Source of the DNA: Clostridia bacterium
GTDB lineage: Bacteria; Bacillota; Clostridia; Oscillospirales; CAG-272
DNA: 64,000 bases
Direction of reading: 5' to 3'
NCBI GenBank assembly: GCA_017508425.1
Contig: JAFVYZ010000060.1
Coordinates: 13,252 to 77,251, forward strand
Below the pieces are notes generated by a model. The model was not told the DNA's origin. It ran no database searches and saw only the letters and a program-made list of their open reading frames with translations. The translations under genes and the position numbers were made by a program. Shown piece by piece: positions 17,722-26,954 of this stretch (positions are counted from its first letter, which is position 1; the number at the start of each line of letters is the position of its first letter).

Positions 17722-20112
17722 TCATTTCAGCTCGACCACCGTAACGCCTCCGTCACCCTCACCGTACCTTCCGATACGGAAGGATTTGACGCGGCGGTCC
17801 TTTTTAAGATACCCCCACAGGGCTGCGCGGAGGGCACCCGTTCCCTTGCCGTGCACCAGACGCAGTGTCTTGAAGCCCGCGATCATTGCGGTATCAAAAT
17901 ACTTATCCACCATAAACCACGCCTCATCCCCCGTTTGACCGCGCAGATCAATTTCATCGCGGAACTCGCGCGAAATACTGAGCTTATAGTCACGTGCCGG
18001 TGTTTTCTTTTCGCCGGGGCCTCCCACGAGAGGCTCGTTCTCAATCAAACGCAAATTCCCCACCTTGGAGCGTGTACGAATGATACCGGCCTGTACCTGC
18101 ACGTTGCCACTTCGGTCAGGATCGGACAAAAGCACACCCTTTTTGTCAATATCCACAAGATAGACCTCATCGCCTTTTTTAAGAGGCCTTGGAAGCTTAT
18201 ATTCTTGATTGGTACGCTCCTCTACGGGGTTAAAGCGCTCTTCGTTCTCACGCAGGTGCGTGCGGACCGCGCGCCTTGCTTTGTCAAGCGCTTCGCCAAG
18301 GTGTTCACTCTCACGCTGACGGCGCACCTCCTCGAGCTGGGCAAAGATATATTCGCTTGAAGCGCGAGCACTTTCTACCAGCCCCACCGCCTTTGCCTGT
18401 GCGGATTCAAGCATAGCCGTGGCCTCACGCTGCAGCTTTTCGGCCGCCTGCCGGGCATCCGCCTTGGCTCTTTCAAGCTCGGCGCGGAGCTTTGCCGCCT
18501 CCTCGCGGTCGCGGTCGGCCGCAAGACGGGTCCTTTCAAGTGCCTCGATCACACGCTCAAAATGCCTGTTTTCTTCACTAATGCGTGACTTAGCATCCGC
18601 CACAACAGACTGGGGGAGTCCCAGCTTTTCGGAAATGGCAAAGGCATTGGATTTGCCGGGCGCACCGATCACCAGGCGGTAGGTCGGTCGCAAGGTCGCC
18701 ACGTCAAACTCGCAGGAGGCATTTTGAACGCCCTCCGTATCGAGCGCAAAGGCCTTCAGCTCCGCATAATGCGTGGTGGCAACGGTAAGAGCTCCCACAC
18801 CGCGCACGTGCGAGATGATCGACACGGCCAAAGCCGCGCCCTCCACGGGGTCGGTGCCGGCACCCAATTCATCAAAAAGGACCAACGATCGCGGCGTAAC
18901 GCTTTTGACGATCGATACGATATGGACCATGTGCGAGGAGAAGGTCGAAAGCGATTGCTCAATGCTTTGCTCGTCACCAAGATCCACTAAAATGCGGTCA
19001 AATAAGCAAAGCTCCGAGCCCTCATCGGCCGGAATGTGAAGGCCGGCTTGTGCCATCAAAGCAAACAGGCCCACTGTCTTCAGCGTAACGGTCTTGCCGC
19101 CCGTATTGGGACCGGTGATGATCAAGGTATCCCACTCACGGCCAAGAGAAACGCTTACGGGCACCACACGGTCGGGTGCGATCAGCGGATGGCGTGCTTT
19201 TTTAAGATTTACCGTACGGTCCTCTGTGATCAGGGGCTCGGTTGCCCCCATTTTATCGGCAAGCTTGGCACAGGTAAACAAAAAAGCCAGCTCGGTAATA
19301 TTTTGATAGTTTAAGCTTAAAGCACCGCCTACCGTGGCAACGGCCGCCGAAAGCTCGGCAAGAACACGCTCGATCTCGCGTTGCTCCTTCACCTCAAGCA
19401 TACGCAGCTCGTTGTTAGCATCGACCACCGCCATCGGCTCAACGAAAATGGTAGCACCCGACGACGAAGTGTCGTGGATAAGACCCTTGATCTCGTTTTT
19501 GCTCTCGACGCGCACGGGGATCACGTATCTGCCGTTTCGCATCGTGACGATATTTTCCTGCAAATGCTTGGCATAAGAGCCTGCGGTAATATAGTGCTGA
19601 AGCGTCTCCTTGATGCGATTATTGGCCACACGGATCTTGCGGCGAATATCCGAAAGCGCCGGGCTCGCCTCATCGGCAATGACATCCTCGGAAATGATGG
19701 CGCGATAAATTTTATCTTCCAGCTTTTTATCCGGCAGTAATCGCTCAAAGATTTCATCCAGCACCGTGTCAAAATGACGGTTGGTACGGCTGTAATCCAA
19801 AAGTCCTCGCGATGTGCGAAGAACGTTGCCGATGTCAAGCAGCTCGCGCGGCGAAAGTGTTGCACCCTTGGCGGCACGATCCAGTGCATCCGACGTGTCG
19901 ATAACCCGACCAAAGGACGGCATTCCCTTATCATCAAGCAACCGTCTTGCATCGCGCGTGCGCAAAAGTCGGCGCGCGACCACCACGGCATCGTCATCGG
20001 GCAACAAGCAAAGGGCTCTGTCCTTGGCACCCGCAGTAGGTGCCAAGTCGGCAAGCTGACCGAGGATCTTATCAAATTCAAGCGTTTGAAGCGTCTTTTG
20101 ATTGATATCCAT
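17722..20112 (-). CDS. mutS2: Endonuclease MutS2
   Basis: 796 aa. Walker A GPNTGGKT, MutS domain V, long coiled coil, and a C-terminal Smr domain (LRLVHGKGTGALR). Confidence 0.9.
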   Translation of the reverse strand: MDINQKTLQTLEFDKILGQLADLAPTAGAKDRALCLLPDDDAVVVARRLLRTRDARRLLDDKGMPSFGRVIDTSDALDRAAKGATLSPRELLDIGNVLRTSRGLLDYSRTNRHFDTVLDEIFERLLPDKKLEDKIYRAIISEDVIADEASPALSDIRRKIRVANNRIKETLQHYITAGSYAKHLQENIVTMRNGRYVIPVRVESKNEIKGLIHDTSSSGATIFVEPMAVVDANNELRMLEVKEQREIERVLAELSAAVATVGGALSLNYQNITELAFLFTCAKLADKMGATEPLITEDRTVNLKKARHPLIAPDRVVPVSVSLGREWDTLIITGPNTGGKTVTLKTVGLFALMAQAGLHIPADEGSELCLFDRILVDLGDEQSIEQSLSTFSSHMVHIVSIVKSVTPRSLVLFDELGAGTDPVEGAALAVSIISHVRGVGALTVATTHYAELKAFALDTEGVQNASCEFDVATLRPTYRLVIGAPGKSNAFAISEKLGLPQSVVADAKSRISEENRHFERVIEALERTRLAADRDREEAAKLRAELERAKADARQAAEKLQREATAMLESAQAKAVGLVESARASSEYIFAQLEEVRRQRESEHLGEALDKARRAVRTHLRENEERFNPVEERTNQEYKLPRPLKKGDEVYLVDIDKKGVLLSDPDRSGNVQVQAGIIRTRSKVGNLRLIENEPLVGGPGEKKTPARDYKLSISREFRDEIDLRGQTGDEAWFMVDKYFDTAMIAGFKTLRLVHGKGTGALRAALWGYLKKDRRVKSFRIGRYGEGDGGVTVVELK

Positions 20113-20118
20113 ATAACC

Positions 20119-20937
20119 TCACGATTTTATCATTTGCCGACGAATGGCAAGTAAGCGTTTGTAATTTTCAAGTGTTTCAAAGCCGCGCTCCAGATGATGC
20201 AATAAGTAGGCCTCTGTCGCGCGGGAAAACATCTCCTCAGCACGCGCGTCGGTCAAGCGGAAGGAAAACACGCGCTTGGGGGATACATCACTCACAAAGC
20301 GGAAGGCCGCCACGGCCGAAGCACAAAGGGGCGAAAGCACGTGCCTTACCCCCGTGTCATCTACCTCCGGCAAGGGCACGAGCGCGGTTTTGCGCGAAAG
20401 ACAAGGGGCACACACAAGCGCGCCGTCCATCACGTCAAGATACACATCGTCCCCGATCTCCTTACCGCAATGCGTGCAAGCATCCAGCGCCGGGGCAAAG
20501 CCCGCAATCACCGCAGAGCGAAGCTCAAATGCCGCCTTGATACGCGTATCCTCCCCTGTGGTGGTTGACAGCATATGAATGGCGTTCAGGCAAAGGGGTA
20601 AAATTTCCCCTGCCGGGGACTTTTCATCGGAAAGCTCAAAAACCACATCGGAAAAATACGCGGCAAGAAACAACTTTTCGCTATCATAGCGCACTCCGCC
20701 GAAGGATTCAATGGCAGTCGCATTTTTAACCCACTTAAACCCGTTTCTCTCGTAGAACTCAAAATTACTCCACGTATAGGGCTCCGTGGCTGCCACTTGA
20801 CGGTTTTTTATCGAATTTCCACCCTTTAAAATGGCGTAAAATCGGCCTTCGGTAGGAGAAATTAGTGTTAACAGCTTGTCCGAGCTGCCACGAGGGGCCA
20901 CGCGCAGGACAAATGCGTCGGTTGTCACGTTCGGCAA
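20119..20937 (-). CDS. recO: DNA repair protein RecO
   Basis: OB-fold N-terminus (DAFVLRV...KLLTLISPTEGRF) and a Cys-rich zinc motif (CTHCG...CAPC). Positioned after era. Confidence 0.85.
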   Translation of the reverse strand: MPNVTTDAFVLRVAPRGSSDKLLTLISPTEGRFYAILKGGNSIKNRQVAATEPYTWSNFEFYERNGFKWVKNATAIESFGGVRYDSEKLFLAAYFSDVVFELSDEKSPAGEILPLCLNAIHMLSTTTGEDTRIKAAFELRSAVIAGFAPALDACTHCGKEIGDDVYLDVMDGALVCAPCLSRKTALVPLPEVDDTGVRHVLSPLCASAVAAFRFVSDVSPKRVFSFRLTDARAEEMFSRATEAYLLHHLERGFETLENYKRLLAIRRQMIKS

Positions 20938-20940
20938 GGC

Positions 20941-21828
20941 TTACCTCTCCTCTCGGTAACCGAAATTGCCCACGGCGGCGCGGCTGTCGCGCCAATTTTC
21001 CTTAACCTTGACCCAAAGATTCAAATAGACCTTCGCGCCCAAGATCTTTTCAAGATCCTGCCTTGCATAGGTGCCGACCATTTTAAGCTCGGCACCGTTT
21101 TTGCCGACGATGATTCCCTTGTGAGAGGCCTTTTCGCAAAAGATCTCCGCACGAATGCGAACGATGCTTCCCTCATCCTTGAATTCCTCAATGACAACGG
21201 CTACACCGTGCGGTACCTCCTTATTAAGGGTGCGAAGCAGCTTTTCACGAATGACCTCGGCCGCCATGGCTCGCTCGGGCTGATCGGTGATCATATCCTC
21301 AGGGAAAAACCACTCGCCCTCGGCAAGCAGCTTTTCGCATTCATCCAGCACGTCAAAGACCTGCTTCCCGTTTTTGGCACAAAGCGGCACCACGGCGGCA
21401 AAATCATGCAGGGCCGCGTAACGCTGGATCGCCTCTGCAATTTCAGTAGCATTGTAAAGATCGGTCTTGTTGAGTGCAAGCACGGCAGGGATGCCGGACT
21501 GCTTTAAATAGCGGATCACGTTTTCCTCAACCGTCGTCACTTCTCTGCCCGCATCAACCATCAGAACCACCGCATCAGCCTCGCGCATCGAGGCGTTTGC
21601 CGCCTCTACCATAAAGTCACCAAGACTGTTTTGCGGCTTATGCATACCGGGGGTATCCACAAACACAAACTGTGCCTCGCCTCGGGTCAAAATACCGAGA
21701 ATACGGTTACGCGTGGTCTGCGGCTTATTGGAAACAATGGCGATCTTCTCGCCCAAAATGGCGTTGAGCAGTGTGGATTTGCCCACGTTCGGGCGCCCGA
21801 CGATCGCAATATATCCCGTTTTTTTCAT
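20941..21828 (-). CDS. era: GTPase Era
   Basis: GRPNVGKSTLLN, DTPG, NKTD, and a C-terminal KH domain. Confidence 0.95.
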   Translation of the reverse strand: MKKTGYIAIVGRPNVGKSTLLNAILGEKIAIVSNKPQTTRNRILGILTRGEAQFVFVDTPGMHKPQNSLGDFMVEAANASMREADAVVLMVDAGREVTTVEENVIRYLKQSGIPAVLALNKTDLYNATEIAEAIQRYAALHDFAAVVPLCAKNGKQVFDVLDECEKLLAEGEWFFPEDMITDQPERAMAAEVIREKLLRTLNKEVPHGVAVVIEEFKDEGSIVRIRAEIFCEKASHKGIIVGKNGAELKMVGTYARQDLEKILGAKVYLNLWVKVKENWRDSRAAVGNFGYREER

Positions 21829-22295
21829 GTACGTTTCTCCTTTATTCCAAGTCCCATAGCGGTAACGATCTTACTTTGTCGCTCGCGCATATCCTTTTCA
21901 TCTTCCTCGCCCGTTTCATGGTCATAGCCAAGCAGATGAAGCGTGGAATGTACCGTCAAAAAAGCGCATTCACGCCGGAAGCTATGCCCAAATTCCTCGG
22001 CCTGTGCCTCACATTTTTCAAGCGAGAGCACAATATCACCCAGCATTCTTGTGCCGCCCATACCCTCCTCAAACAAAGGGAAAGAAAGCACGTCAGTGGG
22101 TCTGTCTATCCCACGGTGCTCGGCATTCAGCGCGCGGATCCCCTCGTTATCGGTAAAGGTGACAGACACCTCGGCACCACCGCAAGCACCCTCATAAAAA
22201 AGCGTAGCAAGCACAGCACGGCGCACCAAGCGCTTTAAGGCAAAGCCAACCTTATGCTTGTCCTGTGCATTGTTAAAATAAACCGTTAATTTCAT
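21825..22295 (-). CDS. ybeY: rRNA maturation RNase YbeY
   Basis: HSTLHLLGYDH zinc motif. 4-nt overlaps with both phoH and era. Confidence 0.9.
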   Translation of the reverse strand: MKLTVYFNNAQDKHKVGFALKRLVRRAVLATLFYEGACGGAEVSVTFTDNEGIRALNAEHRGIDRPTDVLSFPLFEEGMGGTRMLGDIVLSLEKCEAQAEEFGHSFRRECAFLTVHSTLHLLGYDHETGEEDEKDMRERQSKIVTAMGLGIKEKRT

Positions 22296-23311
22296 TGGTC
22301 TTTCCCTACCTTCCCCGCGCTTTTCGACGTCTTTTTCGGTCGCGCCTGCTCGCGCTCGTAACGCTCATACGCGAGGATGATCTGCTGTACAAGCTTGTGG
22401 CGCACCACGTCGCGGTCGGTAAAATAGTGTATTTTGATGTCGGGAATGCCCGAAAGGATCTTTACCGCCGCCGCAAGACCGCTTTTGGCCCCCGAGGGAA
22501 GGTCTGTTTGCGTCAGGTCTCCCGTCACCACCGCCTTGGAATTAAAGCCAAGACGCGTCAAAAACATTTTCATTTGCTCGGGCGTACAGTTTTGCGCCTC
22601 GTCGAGAATGATAAAGCTGTCATCCAAGGTCCGTCCTCGCATATACGCGAGCGGCGCAATTTCGATCACTTGCTTTTCAACAAGCTTAGCATAGGTCTCC
22701 GCCCCCATCATCTCATAAAGCGCATCGTAAAGCGGGCGAAGGTATGGATCGATCTTGCTTTGAAGGTCTCCCGGCAAAAAGCCGAGCTTTTCCCCCGCCT
22801 CGATCGCAGGACGTGTCAGGATAATGCGGCTGACCTCCTTGGCCCGCAGGGCCTTCACAGCCATCGCAACAGCAAGAAAGGTTTTGCCCGTGCCGGCAGG
22901 CCCGACACCAAGCACGATCGTATTCTTCTTAATGGCATCCACATACTGCTTTTGGCCCACGGTCTTCGCCTTGATCGGCTTGCCGCGACTGGTCAGGCAC
23001 ACCGTACTGTCATCGAGCGCGACCAAAGACTCGCCCCGCCCGTCACGGATCATACCGATGATGTAGGATACGCGTTGCTCGGCGATCTCACCGCTTGCCG
23101 CCTCCTCACGCAAGGCACGCAGCACCTCAGCGGCAAGATAGACGCGGTTGTCGTCCGCACCCTTTACGGTTACGGCATCACCGTCCTTGCCCGAACGATT
23201 GCTGATGTCAACGCCAAAGGCCGTTTCGATCTCTTTTGCATACGCATCACAAACGCCAAAAATGCGTGCGGTGATCTCGCTGCTCGCCGTGTGAATAATC
23301 TCCTCTTTCAT
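22292..23311 (-). CDS. phoH: PhoH-family ATPase
   Basis: GPAGTGKTFLAVA Walker A and ILDEAQN. Typical position upstream of ybeY. Confidence 0.9.
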   Translation of the reverse strand: MKEEIIHTASSEITARIFGVCDAYAKEIETAFGVDISNRSGKDGDAVTVKGADDNRVYLAAEVLRALREEAASGEIAEQRVSYIIGMIRDGRGESLVALDDSTVCLTSRGKPIKAKTVGQKQYVDAIKKNTIVLGVGPAGTGKTFLAVAMAVKALRAKEVSRIILTRPAIEAGEKLGFLPGDLQSKIDPYLRPLYDALYEMMGAETYAKLVEKQVIEIAPLAYMRGRTLDDSFIILDEAQNCTPEQMKMFLTRLGFNSKAVVTGDLTQTDLPSGAKSGLAAAVKILSGIPDIKIHYFTDRDVVRHKLVQQIILAYERYEREQARPKKTSKSAGKVGKDQ

Positions 23312-23331
23312 ACGTCCTCCAAAGGTTGGTA

Positions 23332-24519
23332 TTACTTTCCGCCGGCCTCCATAAAAAACTCCGAGATAAGACCGATATCCTCCTCAAAGGTGGCCGTGCA
23401 GCATAGCGTCACGCCCGTGCCGTCAAGCACGGTCTCCACCTTGGTAGCGAGCAGCTTGCGCCCTTCACCCTCGTCAACCAGTCTTGCTGCAAGCACTTCC
23501 CGAGCTAAGGCCAACGCCTCAGCCGCGGTACGTTTGGTGCTTTTGTACTCGTAAACGTGATAAAGCGAGCTCGAAAAGCCGACAGGCAACACGCGCGCTC
23601 CTGCGAAAAAATTATACTTTTTTACTTTTATATCACAGTTTGCATTCACATTTCCAGTAGTTTTAAAAACTTTTCCGCTAAAGCCGAAAAAATCCACCTC
23701 TACCTCGCTGTAGATCTTGCCCGTATAATGCTTTTCCTCATAGACAAAGGGAATGCTTACCGTGATCGTTTCCTCAGTGCGCGCCCACACCTGGCCCGAT
23801 GCGCGCGTCACACGAAATCCCCCATCCTTACCGTCTATAATTCCCGAGGCGAGGAGCTGCCCTGCACGTACGCGCTCCCCGATCTCTACCCGACGCTCTC
23901 CCTCAAAGATCATCGGCAGCAAAACCACCCCATCCTTTTTGGCCACAAGATTTGCCGGCGCGGTAGGGGCGGTGTCCGGCACGGGCAAGGCTTCTTCGAT
24001 CTGTACAAACGCCACGGTGCCGACAAGGTTCACTGTGGCATAGCCGATACGCACATCGGATTGACGCAGTGACAGTGCAATGTCATCACCGTCAAGATGA
24101 GGCAAAAAGGCGCCTCGCTTGAGGCCCAACTCCCCGAGCTCGGCTAAGATCTCCTCCTCCCCGACAGCCTGACATCCCTCCAGCGCAACCTCCCACACGA
24201 AAAGCCGCCCCAAGCACAAAAGCATCAATGCAAGCACTGTACCTATGACAAGGCCGGGACGGTGGATAAAGCGCCGCCAAAGTGAAGGAATTCCGCCGCG
24301 CTTCAGGGGCGAAACGTCAAGACCTCTTGAAGCCGAAAAAGCAAGCACCTTCGCAGCGGAAAATGATGTAAAGCAACAGGTAAAATCTTCGGTTTTTGCG
24401 ACACGCTTCAATTTTTTCGGCGTTATTTCAAGCACACGGCAAAGCTCAAAAAAATCGGTTGCCGAGGATGCCCCAACGCGAACAACAGTGTACCCGAGCA
24501 AAAAGAAATACGGATTCAT
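23332..24519 (-). CDS. yqfD: Sporulation protein YqfD
   Basis: Follows yqfC. N-terminal GYTVVRVGASS...FFELC pattern and a central TM. Start moved to ATG 24519 after GGGGAGGA. Confidence 0.8.
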   Translation of the reverse strand: MNPYFFLLGYTVVRVGASSATDFFELCRVLEITPKKLKRVAKTEDFTCCFTSFSAAKVLAFSASRGLDVSPLKRGGIPSLWRRFIHRPGLVIGTVLALMLLCLGRLFVWEVALEGCQAVGEEEILAELGELGLKRGAFLPHLDGDDIALSLRQSDVRIGYATVNLVGTVAFVQIEEALPVPDTAPTAPANLVAKKDGVVLLPMIFEGERRVEIGERVRAGQLLASGIIDGKDGGFRVTRASGQVWARTEETITVSIPFVYEEKHYTGKIYSEVEVDFFGFSGKVFKTTGNVNANCDIKVKKYNFFAGARVLPVGFSSSLYHVYEYKSTKRTAAEALALAREVLAARLVDEGEGRKLLATKVETVLDGTGVTLCCTATFEEDIGLISEFFMEAGGK

Positions 24520-24800
24520 TGTGTATCCTCCCCAAAGGACAAGGACTCGATATTTCCCGTCACCGTCACGCATCCCGCGCCGAAGGCGGAGCAAAACAGC
24601 GACTCGCCGCGAACATAAAGCGCCGTTTTACCCACTCGCAAAGCAATACAAGTCTTGCCGTAAGAAAGTATTTTTTTGCAGCCGCGCACGACCAACTCCT
24701 CCTGCCCTGACAGCGTAAGGCCAAAGCTCCCCGGAAGGGATTCGCGCGGAATATCCAATTTCGCCCCAAAACGGGTCAAAAAATCTTTTCTTTTCGGCAT
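24516..24800 (-). CDS. yqfC: Sporulation protein YqfC (YabP/YqfC family)
   Basis: 94 aa: LDIPRE...LTLSGQEELVVRGCKKILSY...VTGNIESLSF. Confidence 0.8.
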   Translation of the reverse strand: MPKRKDFLTRFGAKLDIPRESLPGSFGLTLSGQEELVVRGCKKILSYGKTCIALRVGKTALYVRGESLFCSAFGAGCVTVTGNIESLSFGEDTQ

Positions 24801-24888
24801 ACCAAGCCCTCCTTCATCATAGCGTTTAACGTATAGAATACCACGGACTCTCGCCTATAACCTATGGTGGAAACGGAGGAAATATTCG

Positions 24889-26010
24889 TTGAAACAACGT
24901 ACCGATCACAAGGGTGCGTACCTTGGTCTTGCTTTGGGTGTTTTCCTGTTTGCGCTGACACTGAAAAATACCGAAATCGCCGCAAACGGTATCAAAAAAG
25001 GACTTGGAATTGCCACAAACACGCTCATTCCGGCCCTTTTCCCTTTTCTTGTATTTTCCAATCTTGCTCTCCAATCAAATGCCTTGGATATCTTAAAAAA
25101 GCTCCTTGCACGGCCGGCTCATTTTTTCTTTGGGCTATCCGAAAACGGAACCGTTGCCCTGCTGCTCGGTTGGCTGTGCGGACTGCCGATCGGAACAGTT
25201 AGTGCCATAACGATGTTAAAAAACGAGCAGATCGGCCGCGAGGAATTTGACCGTTTATTCCTTTTTTCGGGCATACCCGGCACAGGCTTCCTCATCGGTG
25301 CCGTCGGCACGACTCTTTTTGGAAGTCGGGAGGTCGGCTTCGCACTTCTTTTCGCCGTCTTACTCAGCAGTACTTTCACGGGTATCCTTTTAAAGCTGAT
25401 AAGGGGCAATATCACCGAACGGCCAAGCTCTCAGGCTACCGCGCCAATAGCCCTACCCTTTCACACTCAATTTACGGCTGCAGTGCGTGGCGCTTTTTCC
25501 ACAGTCCTTGAGATCACGGGCTTTGTGCTCTTTTTTTCGGCCGTGGCGGAATGTGTAAAAGCGATCGCCGAAGCCGCAGCGCTACCGTCGATCGCATCCA
25601 TACTGGCCATCGGTCTGCTTGGATTGACCTCGGGAATTTACGCCGCAGTCCTTGCCTTTGCCCCCGAAATAGCCTTTTGCCTTTGCGCCTTTTTTGCCGG
25701 CTTTTCCGGCCTATCAATATGCCTTCAGCTCTTCTCGATCGCCGTTTCGGCTCGCCCCAAAATCGGCCCTTATTTACTGGCTAAATTATCTCAAGGCGTC
25801 CTTTCCTTCCTTTTTGCCGGCTTATATCTCACCCTGCGAAAGCCCATACTCAAAACGACGACCGACAGCTTTTTTGCCGCAGGATCCATGCCGTGGAGCA
25901 CTACGCCCATCTTCACATGCTCGCTCACATTTCTCCTTCTTGTTTTTTTCCTCACCTTGATCGGCTCACTCAAGCTCAAGCTTGTCACGTTCCTACGCGT
26001 TGAAAAATAA
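24889..26010 (+). CDS. ylbJ: Sporulation integral membrane protein YlbJ-like (nucleoside-recognition-domain family)
   Basis: 373 aa, polytopic, with the LIPALFPFLVFSNL motif. TTG start after GGAGGA. Confidence 0.65.
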   Translation: MKQRTDHKGAYLGLALGVFLFALTLKNTEIAANGIKKGLGIATNTLIPALFPFLVFSNLALQSNALDILKKLLARPAHFFFGLSENGTVALLLGWLCGLPIGTVSAITMLKNEQIGREEFDRLFLFSGIPGTGFLIGAVGTTLFGSREVGFALLFAVLLSSTFTGILLKLIRGNITERPSSQATAPIALPFHTQFTAAVRGAFSTVLEITGFVLFFSAVAECVKAIAEAAALPSIASILAIGLLGLTSGIYAAVLAFAPEIAFCLCAFFAGFSGLSICLQLFSIAVSARPKIGPYLLAKLSQGVLSFLFAGLYLTLRKPILKTTTDSFFAAGSMPWSTTPIFTCSLTFLLLVFFLTLIGSLKLKLVTFLRVEK

Positions 26011-26040
26011 AAAAAGAGAGCATCACTGCTCTCTTTTTTT
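26011..26040. terminator. Bidirectional terminator between ylbJ and rpmF
   Basis: AGAGAGCA-TCAC-TGCTCTCT hairpin with an A-run on the left and a T-run on the right. Confidence 0.75.
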
Positions 26041-26054
26041 AGCAAAACGCGATA

Positions 26055-26234
26055 TTAGTCCTGCTTGATGACTTCTTTGCCGTCGTAAGAACCGCAAGCC
26101 TTGCAAACATGGTGAGCAAGCACGTACTCGCCGCACTTAGCGCATTTTACCATGCCGGGCATTTCGAGCTTAGAGTTGTTGGAACGTCTCTTGTCTCTGC
26201 GCGCTTTGGAAACTTTTTTCTTCGGAACTGCCAT
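26055..26234 (-). CDS. rpmF: 50S ribosomal protein L32
   Basis: 59 aa, below the ORF-track cutoff. My translation is MAVPKKKVSKARRDKRRSNNSKLEMPGMVKCAKCGEYVLAHHVCKACGSYDGKEVIKQD. RBS AGGAGG. Located downstream of yceD as usual. Confidence 0.9.
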   Translation of the reverse strand: MAVPKKKVSKARRDKRRSNNSKLEMPGMVKCAKCGEYVLAHHVCKACGSYDGKEVIKQD

Positions 26235-26282
26235 TTTATCTACACCTCCTTGGGATACTTTACATAATTACAAGTTATTATA

Positions 26283-26801
26283 TCACTCTTTTTCTTGTTT
26301 GTCAACCCATTTTTGCAAAATTGCCAATCTTGGATCAATTTCTTTTTTAGCACACTCGCAATCGCCCTGGCGTTTTGGCTTTCCGCACCTGTCGCAAAGC
26401 CCCTCGCAATCCTCTTGACACAAAAGGCGCATTGGGAAGCACATCAAAAGCTCTTCTCTGAGCGGCTCATCCACATCAAGCTTACCGTCGCGGATCATGA
26501 CGTAAGCATCGTCCATTACCGCAAGCTTTTCTTCGGTAATCGAGCCCTCGGGCGCTACGGTGCGTTCAAAATCAAGCACAAATTCACCCGTCACCTCATC
26601 AAGGCAGCGTGCACACGTACCGCGATAAGGGAGTGTTGCCTGCAAATAAAGGCGCATATACCCTGCATCATCGGTCACATATCCTTTGACATGCGCGTTT
26701 TCGGGGAAGGTCACATCAAATACAGCGTCAGGCACCAGGTCGTACTCGATCTCCATACGAGTGATCTCGCCACGCAAGAGCGGTCCCATATTTAAAACCA
26801 T
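26283..26801 (-). CDS. yceD: YceD/DUF177 family protein (large-subunit rRNA accumulation protein)
   Basis: 172 aa with a C-terminal Cys cluster (CQEDCEGLCDRCG). Canonical partner of rpmF. Confidence 0.85.
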   Translation of the reverse strand: MVLNMGPLLRGEITRMEIEYDLVPDAVFDVTFPENAHVKGYVTDDAGYMRLYLQATLPYRGTCARCLDEVTGEFVLDFERTVAPEGSITEEKLAVMDDAYVMIRDGKLDVDEPLREELLMCFPMRLLCQEDCEGLCDRCGKPKRQGDCECAKKEIDPRLAILQKWVDKQEKE

Positions 26802-26836
26802 ATCGTTTCCCTCCTCTTTTTTGGATTAACGATATA

Positions 26837-26865
26837 ATTATAACGGGAGAAAAACAGCTTGTCAA
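26837..26865 (-). promoter_or_regulatory. Consensus sigma-A promoter for yceD-rpmF
   Basis: Minus strand reads TTGACA, 17 nt, TATAAT. Confidence 0.55.
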
Positions 26866-26954
26866 TAGATTTTTAGCTGAAAATACCGCATTTTTCACAC
26901 AAAAAATCCTTTATGTGCTATAATAATTAAAAGAATTTTAACGGAGTGAATACT

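Noticed and set aside
16301-17938. 545-aa plus-strand ORF, the longest unassigned ORF in the track
   Set aside because: It lies entirely antisense to prs and the 3' end of mutS2, both of which have unmistakable conserved motifs. It has no RBS, and its sequence shows no recognisable motifs.
22295-23554. 419-aa plus-strand ORF
   Set aside because: Antisense to phoH and yqfD. It is an Arg/Leu-rich shadow ORF typical of the opposite strand of GC-rich coding DNA.
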